Positions 50,609-58,900 of a DNA stretch of 64,000 nucleotides are shown here, piece after piece. This DNA is from an uncultured Spirochaetota bacterium. GTDB taxonomy: Bacteria; Spirochaetota; Brevinematia; Brevinematales; JAOACQ01. Both the position numbers and the translations under genes were made by a program. The notes under the pieces were generated by a model that worked only from the letters and a program-made list of their open reading frames with translations, was not told the DNA's origin and made no database searches. The DNA lies in the NCBI GenBank assembly GCA_963835575.1, contig CAWIGG010000004.1, forward strand, positions 672,001-736,000, given 5' to 3'. The number at the start of each line of letters is the position of its first letter. Position 1 is the first letter of the stretch.

Positions 50609-51223
50609 TTATCTTTCCGCAAAGATCAGAAAAGCTTTTCCCATATCAGTTTCGTTAGTTTCATAACGGATGTTTTTAAAATTTGATGCCGACAACACGA
50701 TGATGACATCATCCAAAGTATATTTATTAAATATTTCATTGCGTGTCAGGCTGATCTTATCCAGCCGCTCAGGGCTGGACATGTAGAGATATAAAGCCCC
50801 ATTTTCTTTTAATAGATTGAAGATTTTTGTAAAATACCGGCCGAGGTCATTCCAGAAATAGAGCACATTGATCCCGAATATTTTACTGAAGTTCTTTTCA
50901 ATAGTATAAGTCAAAAGATCTCCATGGGACAGGAATATTTGATTTTTATCAGAATGGATTTTATTTTTCCTGACGGCTTTCTTATACATGACCCTTGAAA
51001 AATCGATCCCGTATATTGTGATATTCTGATCCCGGCATGCCAGGGAATTGATACCTGTACCGGCGCCGTAACCTATTTCCAGTATTTTGTCCCCATCTAT
51101 TGTCTTAATGAGCGGCATCACCCACCGGTAAGTCTTTTCGTTTCTTTTCTCCATCTTTCCGGAAATTATTTTCCCCAATAATCCCGAGGGCTTTCTATAC
51201 TGTTTTGCGATCATTTTTGACAT
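50609..51223 (-). CDS. Class I SAM-dependent methyltransferase
   Basis: Q.RKPSGLLG, ILEIGYGAG, GIDFS and NVLYFW. Confidence 0.88.
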   Translation of the reverse strand: MSKMIAKQYRKPSGLLGKIISGKMEKRNEKTYRWVMPLIKTIDGDKILEIGYGAGTGINSLACRDQNITIYGIDFSRVMYKKAVRKNKIHSDKNQIFLSHGDLLTYTIEKNFSKIFGINVLYFWNDLGRYFTKIFNLLKENGALYLYMSSPERLDKISLTRNEIFNKYTLDDVIIVLSASNFKNIRYETNETDMGKAFLIFAER

Positions 51224-51340
51224 GGTTGTTCCCCGCTGTTTATCTGCTTTAATAAAATTACCAATTGAGTTTTTATTATAAAAACCATTTAAATAATTGT
51301 AAAAATAAAATATTTTTATTAAATTGAGAGAAACTAAATA

Positions 51341-51440
51341 TCACGCAAAGGTGCAAAGAACGCAATGATATCAAACATATATAATTTACTTTGCGAACAC
51401 TTCGGCCAAAGCTCAGTGCAGGCTTTGCGGCTCTGCGTGA
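51341..51440. repeat. Paired triplet-arm element (CGCAAAG type) with a second hairpin inside its right arm
   Basis: Left arm TCACGCAAAGGTGCAAAGAACGCAATG; right arm CTTTGCG[aacacttcggccaaagctcagtgcagg]CTTTGCGGCTCTGCGTGA. Confidence 0.75.
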
Positions 51441-51458
51441 AAAATAATTTTTTACAAA

Positions 51459-52283
51459 TTACTTATTTGTAAAATCCAGTTCATTTTTTACATTCGGGAA
51501 ATGATAGGTAAGCCCCGCTTCGAAAAGATTGTTTTCAATCAGGGATGGGGAAAAGCTGAAAAAGTACTCCATCTGCTCTAACTTTTTAGTGATTCCAATT
51601 GTGAAGAGTTCGTAGATGGGATAAATAAGACCGAACCTGGTAATGAGAAAAAGCTGAAAGTCTCTTACATAGTTCTGGAAAGAGGAGAAAACTTTTATGG
51701 TCTGGTTATCGGAAATCTCATAAAAACCTTTTAAATTTACAGTAATCTTATCGATAGAAAAATGAAAGCCGTAACCTATGATTGAAGTGAATGATTCGTC
51801 TAAATAATTGACGCCGCCGGAAAACTGCCCGACGGGGGAATTATAGGCAAGCAGGCATTCGGATATGAATTGAAGGTCATTATAGTAATTATCACCGATC
51901 TGCTGATATTTTAATCCGGCGGAGCCTTCTATGTAAAAAGGATCAACAGGCAGTGAGGCGCCCATGGCGAAAGAATATTGATGACCTTCCACACGGTAAG
52001 TGTCCTTATAGGCAAAACCGTCGGAGTTTACAAAGTCGAATGAGCCGAGGGATGTATATTGAAAGGAGAAAGCGTAGTCAAGTTCATTATTCGCTATGGG
52101 AAGAAAAGAGAAGAATCTTCCTTTAATATCCCACATATCGCTGTAAAGCCGCTGGAACGATAATAATACCGATGAATCCTCTGATGACGGATATTCCCAC
52201 AGATTGAGGATTGAAGCTTGCAGACTTGTAGAGATGATGAAAATTAAAATTATTTCACCAATAATTTTTTTGTAACCTGCCAT
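51459..52283 (-). CDS. Putative outer-membrane beta-barrel protein, PorV/PorQ-like
   Basis: Signal peptide, alternating aromatic beta-strands, YTSLGSFDFVNSDG loop and terminal FEAGLTYHF strand. Confidence 0.5.
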   Translation of the reverse strand: MAGYKKIIGEIILIFIISTSLQASILNLWEYPSSEDSSVLLSFQRLYSDMWDIKGRFFSFLPIANNELDYAFSFQYTSLGSFDFVNSDGFAYKDTYRVEGHQYSFAMGASLPVDPFYIEGSAGLKYQQIGDNYYNDLQFISECLLAYNSPVGQFSGGVNYLDESFTSIIGYGFHFSIDKITVNLKGFYEISDNQTIKVFSSFQNYVRDFQLFLITRFGLIYPIYELFTIGITKKLEQMEYFFSFSPSLIENNLFEAGLTYHFPNVKNELDFTNK

Positions 52284-54205
52284 AATGAGTCACCTGTATT
52301 TTTCTTTTTAAATACGGCCAGATAGATACCTTTTTTCAAGCTTGTCTCCCAGATGATCATCCCGTTTGTTGATGAGGAAAATGTTTTAAGGCAATTTCCC
52401 TGAAGATCGAGAAAAGTTATTGAAACATCTTCCGGCAGATTGGCGAAAACCAGGGATATCTTCTGGTTTTGAGGCAATGGGTTCGGATATACAATAACAT
52501 TGTTCAGATTTTCTTTCTGAGAAGGCAGATTCCATCCGGAAAGGCCCCAGAGAAATTCAGCTGTAATCGTTTTAGCCGGGTTTTCATCCTGATAAACAAC
52601 CTGGTTTTTGGAACCGTTCTTTACATTAAGAATTCCGTCAAACTCCTTCCCGGGATTTACAGTGATAGGAAAAGAGCCTTTAAAATAGATGCCGTAATTT
52701 GAAAGTATGATCCCTTCCCTGTCGATTTCATTCCTGATGAGGACCGGCGCCGCTGGGTTTGTATTATTGCTGTCTATTAAAAATATTATATTAGTATATA
52801 AACCGGTGACGCTCTTTACCCAGAGGAGTCCCTCATCGCTGCCGTTATTCATGCAGAATGAGGCTTTCTGTTTTTTAAAAACTAAGCTGTAATCAGGATC
52901 ATATACGGCGTTTGGGATTCTGACAATGGCTTCATCCATAATAGACATGGATTTCCCGGAAGGGGCGTTATTTCCGGTCCCGTCCTGAAGCAGATCATCG
53001 GTTCCGTATTCCACTTCATCTAGGATCCTGCCGTCATGATAGGGATGACCGTCATAGAGCGTTATGACCGCGTTATTGGCAACACCGTCCTCAGGTGTGA
53101 TAATGAGATAACCGTAATTTGATATAACGCCTGATTTTCCGCCCATTCCTGAATTTGTCCTGAATGATATCTTTTTAACTGTCTCTGTCTGTTTACTTTT
53201 GTAAAGAATGAAGCAATTTGATAAATTAACCGGACTGTCGCTTCTATTGACCAGTTCAACCCACTCATCGGTTGAATCGATAGTCCCGCCTCCGCCCTGA
53301 CCTGACCAGCCCCCTCCGCTGTAATCGGTCTGCGGATCAGATACAATTTCATTGATTAAAATATTCTGATAATTTGAAGAAAACGGTTTTTTTTCCAGAT
53401 AGCGTAGAAGGTATGAATTGCTTTCATAAGAAAAAAGAATATCGCTTCCATGGCTTAAACCTCCGGGCGGATAAAAGGATGCGGATAATGTTTCTGGGTC
53501 AGACCTGGTCAGTGTAATTTTATAGTTTAATGCATTTGCCGGGCATTCCACACTCAGTATAATACTGCTATTTGAATAATAAGGATTTTTATAAAATATT
53601 GGAACGCTTTCTCCTTCTCTCACGATGGGCCTTTGAGAGAAAATGGAGGCGTAGTTATTGATACCGGGCGAAAGTTCTGTAATGGAATAACCTTCCCCGG
53701 TAAAAGATAAAGATTTTCCGTCAGAGATGCTGCTTTCCTGCGGAATATAATAATTCCCGCAATTAAATAATGATATATTATTGGTATAAAGCTGTATAAG
53801 GTGCAGTCTTCCGCTCCATGACCATCCGATGAAGCTTTGATTTTTCGGCTTGAGGACAAGAGTGCCGGGAGAGAAGCAAAAAAGGCCGTTATATTTTGAT
53901 AAGATGACAGCATAGGAATGAGGAGGCAATATCAGGGAGTTTGTGATAACATTGGTTTGACGGATTTCAAATGTCCCGGTCAAAACGCTTAAGTTTGTTG
54001 TGATTGTATCGCTTCTGGGGATGGATATTATTAAATTAGAGAGGGGAAAAGGATTATCAGTTTCATTATAGATTTCGATATACCTTTCATCAGATGAAAT
54101 ATAATTGTTTCCCCTGTAAAATATCTCGGTGATTTGAAGAGGGAAGCCCATGTTTTTTAATATTGTGAAATTGATAATTATAAAAAAAACAAGCCGGATT
54201 TTCAT
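52250..54205 (-). CDS. Secreted protein with two lamin-tail domains and a T9SS type-A-like C-terminal sorting domain
   Basis: ITEIFY...YIEIYN and INEIV...DEWVELVN lamin-tail motifs. C-terminus VIVYPNP...FLDLQG...LKKGIY...KKLLVK. Confidence 0.75.
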   Translation of the reverse strand: MKIRLVFFIIINFTILKNMGFPLQITEIFYRGNNYISSDERYIEIYNETDNPFPLSNLIISIPRSDTITTNLSVLTGTFEIRQTNVITNSLILPPHSYAVILSKYNGLFCFSPGTLVLKPKNQSFIGWSWSGRLHLIQLYTNNISLFNCGNYYIPQESSISDGKSLSFTGEGYSITELSPGINNYASIFSQRPIVREGESVPIFYKNPYYSNSSIILSVECPANALNYKITLTRSDPETLSASFYPPGGLSHGSDILFSYESNSYLLRYLEKKPFSSNYQNILINEIVSDPQTDYSGGGWSGQGGGGTIDSTDEWVELVNRSDSPVNLSNCFILYKSKQTETVKKISFRTNSGMGGKSGVISNYGYLIITPEDGVANNAVITLYDGHPYHDGRILDEVEYGTDDLLQDGTGNNAPSGKSMSIMDEAIVRIPNAVYDPDYSLVFKKQKASFCMNNGSDEGLLWVKSVTGLYTNIIFLIDSNNTNPAAPVLIRNEIDREGIILSNYGIYFKGSFPITVNPGKEFDGILNVKNGSKNQVVYQDENPAKTITAEFLWGLSGWNLPSQKENLNNVIVYPNPLPQNQKISLVFANLPEDVSITFLDLQGNCLKTFSSSTNGMIIWETSLKKGIYLAVFKKKNTGDSLWQVTKKLLVK

Positions 54206-54212
54206 TTTATCC

Positions 54213-55037
54213 TCAAAGTCTTTTCAGCCAGAATGAGGCTTTTTCTCCATAGGATGTTTTGGAGAGTTCCCTGTCCATGACAATCTGAGAAAACATCCTT
54301 TTTGCCTCTTCTTTGTTATTTTCATCCTTGAATTTCATTCCATAGGAAAAATATGACATGGCCAGTTTATTAATAATGGCCTTTTTTGCGGCCTCTTCCT
54401 GACGGTATGAAAGAGCCCTTGCTTTTGTCAATGCCCAGATAGCCTGCTCATATTCATTTGTATCCAGGAAAAGCTTGCCGTATTCATAAAAAGTCCAACA
54501 GTCCTGCTTTAACTGCAGGGCTTTCTGAAAATAATAGCGGGATTTTTCATAATCCGTCAATTCCCTGTATGTTTTTGCCAGACCGTTATAAATAAAAGGT
54601 TTCTCCTTTTCTTCAGATAAAGTCAGGGCTTTTTCATAGGCGGGAAGAGCATTGCTGAAATTTCCCAGTTTATATTCAATAGAAGCAAGTTCTGTTAAAA
54701 CATAGGGATTTTTATCAAAATAATTAGCTGCGTTTGTTATAACTGTCTTCGCCTTATCAGGCCGGCCGGATTTATCATAGGACTGGGCCAGTTTAATATA
54801 AAAAGCGGATTCATCAGGTTCCAGATTAATGCATTTTTGATATAAAACGGCGGCGTCATCATATTTTTCTTTTTTTAAATAGCAGCCGGCTAATAACGAC
54901 AGATAGAAAGTATTTGTAGGATTATCTTTTAATTTCTTCAGAATACTTTTTTGATCGGTTTTTTCCTGAGAGTGTTGGAAAGAATAAAGTACTGTAGACA
55001 ATGAAAAACAGAGAATAACTATTATAAGAATTTTCAT
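54213..55037 (-). CDS. Exported tetratricopeptide-repeat protein
   Basis: Signal peptide plus several TPR motifs. Confidence 0.85.
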   Translation of the reverse strand: MKILIIVILCFSLSTVLYSFQHSQEKTDQKSILKKLKDNPTNTFYLSLLAGCYLKKEKYDDAAVLYQKCINLEPDESAFYIKLAQSYDKSGRPDKAKTVITNAANYFDKNPYVLTELASIEYKLGNFSNALPAYEKALTLSEEKEKPFIYNGLAKTYRELTDYEKSRYYFQKALQLKQDCWTFYEYGKLFLDTNEYEQAIWALTKARALSYRQEEAAKKAIINKLAMSYFSYGMKFKDENNKEEAKRMFSQIVMDRELSKTSYGEKASFWLKRL

Positions 55038-55110
55038 ATTTTCCACCCATTTTTAAAAAAGCGGGTTTATTTTAATTAAGTAGATAAAATATATCTAATA
55101 TTTAAATAAG

Positions 55111-55138
55111 AAAAGGCGAAGTAAAACTTCGCCTTTTT
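55111..55138 (-). terminator. Intrinsic terminator after the Hsp20 cluster
   Basis: AAAAGGCGAAGT-aaa-ACTTCGCCTTTTT. Confidence 0.8.
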
Positions 55139-55155
55139 ACTTAAAGATTATTAAA

Positions 55156-55494
55156 TTACGCTGCTTTTACCTCGATTTTTTTAGATTTGGCCTGTTCCGA
55201 CTTTTCCAGTTCCACGGTCAGGATACCGTTTTCATACTTTGCCTGGATGGAATCCTTATTTACTTTTTTCCCTACGGTGAATTCCCTCCTGTAGTCTAAA
55301 AGAGCGAACTCAGTCGAAACAGGCGTCCATTCCTTATCAACTTCCATCACTTTTCCCGAGATCTGAAGTTCATCCCCGTCGCAGTGGATCTCGATCCCTT
55401 CTTTGGATGTACCGGGCATATCCAGCGTTAATATGAATCTGTCCTTTGTTTCAAAAATATCAACGGGCGGGATCAGGTATCTTTTGTCTGACAT
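55156..55494 (-). CDS. Hsp20/alpha-crystallin small heat-shock protein
   Basis: PPVDIFE, DMPG, AKYENGIL and KKIEV. Confidence 0.92.
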   Translation of the reverse strand: MSDKRYLIPPVDIFETKDRFILTLDMPGTSKEGIEIHCDGDELQISGKVMEVDKEWTPVSTEFALLDYRREFTVGKKVNKDSIQAKYENGILTVELEKSEQAKSKKIEVKAA

Positions 55495-55507
55495 ATTGTC
55501 CTCCTCA

Positions 55508-55930
55508 TTATTTTACTTTAACTGTTATTTTTTTTGGTCTGGCCTCTTCCTGTTAGGGAATATTGACCATCAGCATGCCGTTCATCAGTTTTGCGTCAAT
55601 TTTATCGGTATCAGTTTCGTCATAAATCGTATAGCTTCTGGTAAAGTCAATATCAGACTTTTCCCTTCTGACCAGCTTGTGGTCCTTGTCTTCTATTGCG
55701 TCAATGGCTCTTTTGATGGAAACCGAAAGCCGGCCGTTGGAATAATCAACGGAAACATCGCTTAAATTAACGCGGGGGGCGAGAAATTGAAGCATCAAGC
55801 TTCTGCCGTTATCATAAACATTGGTCAGTTCAAGAAGCTTGCTTCTTACATTTTCTTCTCTAATGGGACCGAATAAATCATTGATAATGGATTGTATCCT
55901 TTCCATTTCATAAACCGGGTTATACAGCAT
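55508..55930 (-). pseudogene. Hsp20 protein with a premature TAA at 55553-55555
   Basis: ...NGMLMVNIP*QEEARPKKITVKVK*: the frame continues 14 codons past the stop and contains the I-x-V motif. Confidence 0.75.
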
Positions 55931-55951
55931 ATTTATCTCCTCTTTCGTTTT

Positions 55952-55984
55952 AAAAAGGCAGGAAGGCGTTGAAGCCTTCCTGCC
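55952..55984 (-). terminator. Intrinsic terminator between the first and second Hsp20 genes
   Basis: 11-bp stem GGCAGGAAGGC/GCCTTCCTGCC with a U5 tail on the minus strand. Confidence 0.78.
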
Positions 55985-56005
55985 ATGTAAAGGCTATTCA
56001 AATCT

Positions 56006-56461
56006 TTATGATACTTTTACGTTTATTTTCTTCGCTTCTGCTTCCGGGCTCTCTGGTATGGTTATTGTCAGGACTCCTTTTTTGTAGTCGGCGTCGATTT
56101 TATCAGCCTTGATGTTTTCAGGCAGAGTAATCGTCCGGCTGAATGATCCTGAGCTTCTTTCAATCCTGTGAAAATCTATTCCCTTTTCTTCATGTTCCTC
56201 TTCTTTCGAACCCTTGATGGTCAGCCAATTGCCTTCCAGTTCCACATTGAGATCTTTCTCTTCCACGCCCGGAATGTCGGCTTTGACAACGACGTTATTG
56301 TCTTTTTCATAAACGTCGACTTTGGGGTTCCAATCCGATCTCATCAGGTTTGTGGGAAAGAAATCATCATCGAAGAAGCGGCTGAATAAATCAGTAAAAG
56401 TATCCCCTGCCCCTCTGGTGCTCAGAGATGTCCTTTCAGGATTTCTTTTAATGATCTTCAT
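56006..56461 (-). CDS. Hsp20/alpha-crystallin small heat-shock protein
   Basis: PKVDVYE, ADIPG, ERSSGSFSRTITLP, ADYKKGVL and KKINV; RBS AGGAGG. Confidence 0.95.
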   Translation of the reverse strand: MKIIKRNPERTSLSTRGAGDTFTDLFSRFFDDDFFPTNLMRSDWNPKVDVYEKDNNVVVKADIPGVEEKDLNVELEGNWLTIKGSKEEEHEEKGIDFHRIERSSGSFSRTITLPENIKADKIDADYKKGVLTITIPESPEAEAKKINVKVS

Positions 56462-56498
56462 ATGAACCTCCTTATAAAGTAATTTATAAATATATTTT

Positions 56499-56514
56499 AG
56501 CAGTTTTTATGCCA
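56499..56514 (-). promoter_or_regulatory. sigma54 (-24/-12) promoter of the Hsp20 cluster
   Basis: Minus strand reads TGGCATAAAAACTGCT (GG-N10-GC), 37 bp before the ATG. Confidence 0.7.
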
Positions 56515-56574
56515 AAGCTTCTGCATTATTATAATTATTTGTATTATAATAAGTTAAAAAAATTATTAGCTCAA

Positions 56575-58219
56575 CCCGCATTATTCATCTCACCCCCACA
56601 GAGGGTGTATTTTCTATAAAAAACTGCCCGGCTGTTCAAGCGGCCGCATAAATTTGTCAGTTAACCTTCCGTTTTTCCGTCCAATCCTTTCTAACTTTTC
56701 AAAAATCTGTTTTTTGCAGTTACAAGGGCGCAGTTTCCCCCTTCTTTAAGCGGAGTCAAAAACATCCAGAAAGGCTTTCATTACGCAAAGCTGTCCGAGA
56801 GCCTTTGAAATACCGCTTTTTCAGTGAAACTTGAGCAAAAATGCAGCCATACTCTCCGGACTGTTTCTTTTACCTGTACAGCAACTTTCAGAATTTTTAA
56901 CCGTATAGTGTCGGCTTGCGCTTTCTCATATTCTGTACCTTTCAATCCCTTCCTTAAGCGCTGCATGCATTGATAGGCAAAACCCGCAAGAATCAGCCGG
57001 AAATAATTTGCCATATATCGATGGCAGCTCAAACGGTCAAGATTCATATCCTTTTTCAGTTCCTTGATCCGGTTTTCCATATCTCCACGCTTCGCATAGA
57101 ATCTGTATGCATACCTTGCCTTTGAAAATTTCCAATTGGTTATCAGATAACGGGTGTCCTGTCCCAATTCATTGCAGCGTATCCGGGCGATAATCATTCG
57201 TTCTTTTTCCCAGCTTTGTGCACGGTATTTGAAATTCGTATGAAGCGTCTTTTCTTTCCCGCTTTTTTGAAAATATGTCTTTGCCCTGCGGGATAGCTTT
57301 CTTGTCCTCTTCTCCAATCTCCGGTAACCCTTTATTCCCAGAATATAATGGAGATCATTTTGTTCGCAATATTCGTATATCTTCGGGTTTTCAAATCCGG
57401 CGTCACCTCGCAGGATTATCCGGATCTCCGGTTGTCGCCTCCTTATTGCCAAAACAATTCTCCTGATCATAGCAAGCGCGTCCTTTGCCGGACCCGCGTT
57501 TCCCTGCCGCAGTTTAATCGCCGCAAGGTCTCCGGTATCTCCGTCACAAACAATCAGCGGTGAGTACATCGTTTGTTCATAAAAACCGTTGAACAGGCTT
57601 CCTTCCTGTTTACCATGCGTCGGATCATCCGTGCCGTCTATGTCAAGAACAACACTTTCCGCTTTACGCTCTATCAAGCTGTCAATGTACCAGTCCGTCA
57701 TACAGAAATCAAGCTTCGTTATATCCCGAAGGTTTATGCTGTTCTCAAGCCTGGACAGCGTCGGCTGGCTGGACAGGGTATCTCCGCTTTCAGGTAAACG
57801 CCCTGCCGCGAATTTAAACATCGGGTCATACCGTAATACTCCCGCGTCGTTGGTGTCTTCATACCCCATGATCATTTGGCTGACCCGTTGTCCGATCAAT
57901 TCACTCATTTCATGAATTATCCGGTCCTGGTCCCTGCAATCCTCAATACAACCGGATATTCTATTGATAATTCCGGTCTTTTTTAAGAGCCCGGATACCA
58001 GAAACAGCCCGCCGTCAGTGGATATGTCGCCGCCGTTCCAGTCCATCTCAATAGTCTTGCCTAAAAAGGCAAAACCGCTTGATTTTTCTTCTTGTTTATG
58101 ACATACTGTTTTCACCGCGTATCTCCTCTTTGGGGTATTTTTAGGTCGCAATTAATTATATCATAAAGAGTAAAGTTACGCGGCTTTTTTTATACTTTTT
58201 TTCAGGTGAATAATCCGGG
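56575..58219 (-). mobile_element. IS1380-family insertion sequence, copy 2 (1645 bp)
   Basis: Reverse complement of copy 1, with its own 5-bp target duplication CTCAA at 56570-56574 and 58220-58224. Confidence 0.95.
56781..58115 (-). CDS. IS1380-family transposase
   Basis: Protein identical to that of copy 1 in the ORF track. Confidence 0.95.
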   Translation of the reverse strand: MKTVCHKQEEKSSGFAFLGKTIEMDWNGGDISTDGGLFLVSGLLKKTGIINRISGCIEDCRDQDRIIHEMSELIGQRVSQMIMGYEDTNDAGVLRYDPMFKFAAGRLPESGDTLSSQPTLSRLENSINLRDITKLDFCMTDWYIDSLIERKAESVVLDIDGTDDPTHGKQEGSLFNGFYEQTMYSPLIVCDGDTGDLAAIKLRQGNAGPAKDALAMIRRIVLAIRRRQPEIRIILRGDAGFENPKIYEYCEQNDLHYILGIKGYRRLEKRTRKLSRRAKTYFQKSGKEKTLHTNFKYRAQSWEKERMIIARIRCNELGQDTRYLITNWKFSKARYAYRFYAKRGDMENRIKELKKDMNLDRLSCHRYMANYFRLILAGFAYQCMQRLRKGLKGTEYEKAQADTIRLKILKVAVQVKETVRRVWLHFCSSFTEKAVFQRLSDSFA

Positions 58220-58447
58220 CTCAATAATGATGGGAAATTATACCATAATGAATGAGTCGTAATGATACAATAGATTGAGCAGTATCATAATGCCTTGTGT
58301 GGTTTTGATTGGCGGATTCTTTTTGAAAGAATGTCTTTTGGGACTTAAATTATATTTAATCCTAAATTGAGTGATTTATTAATCTATAAAATATATAATT
58401 GCAGTTTCCAGCCACTTATTCGGTACCCGAACAATGTGGTGAGTTAT

Positions 58448-58546
58448 CAGACTGTGTGAAAAGTCGGTGTTTTGCATCGTAATTCTATATTGTTCGTTCC
58501 GTAACTTCAATAAATACGTGGCGAAAAATAGTTTTCACACAGTCTG
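58448..58546. mobile_element. 99-bp MITE-like element
   Basis: Perfect 15-bp terminal IRs CAGACTGTGTGAAAA / TTTTCACACAGTCTG, flanked by TAT on both sides. Confidence 0.65.
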
Positions 58547-58900
58547 TATATTGAACCATGGCGAAACATATCGAGTGAAATGAAGTGAAGAACTGCCCAT
58601 TAATAAGTTTTTTTAAAAATATTACTCAATTTAGGTGAAATTATTTTTAAATAGAAATACAATTAGTAATGAAAAAAGCAGGAAACACATACCGTATGCA
58701 AGCTGCAGTTTATTCCCCCCTTTTTTTGTTGTTATAATTATTGAATCTAACTCTGCTATGAAATATCTTAAACAGCACTTTTTTTTATTATAATCTTAAG
58801 AAAATTTATATGTCTAATTTTATATCCGAAATATTTTAATTAATTGACTTTTAAAAATATTCTGGATAATATTTTTCTTCACTATTTAAGGAGAACGGGT

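Noticed and set aside
20864..58219. Composite transposon bounded by the two IS1380 copies
   Set aside because: Each copy has its own target duplication, and the interior carries core genes.
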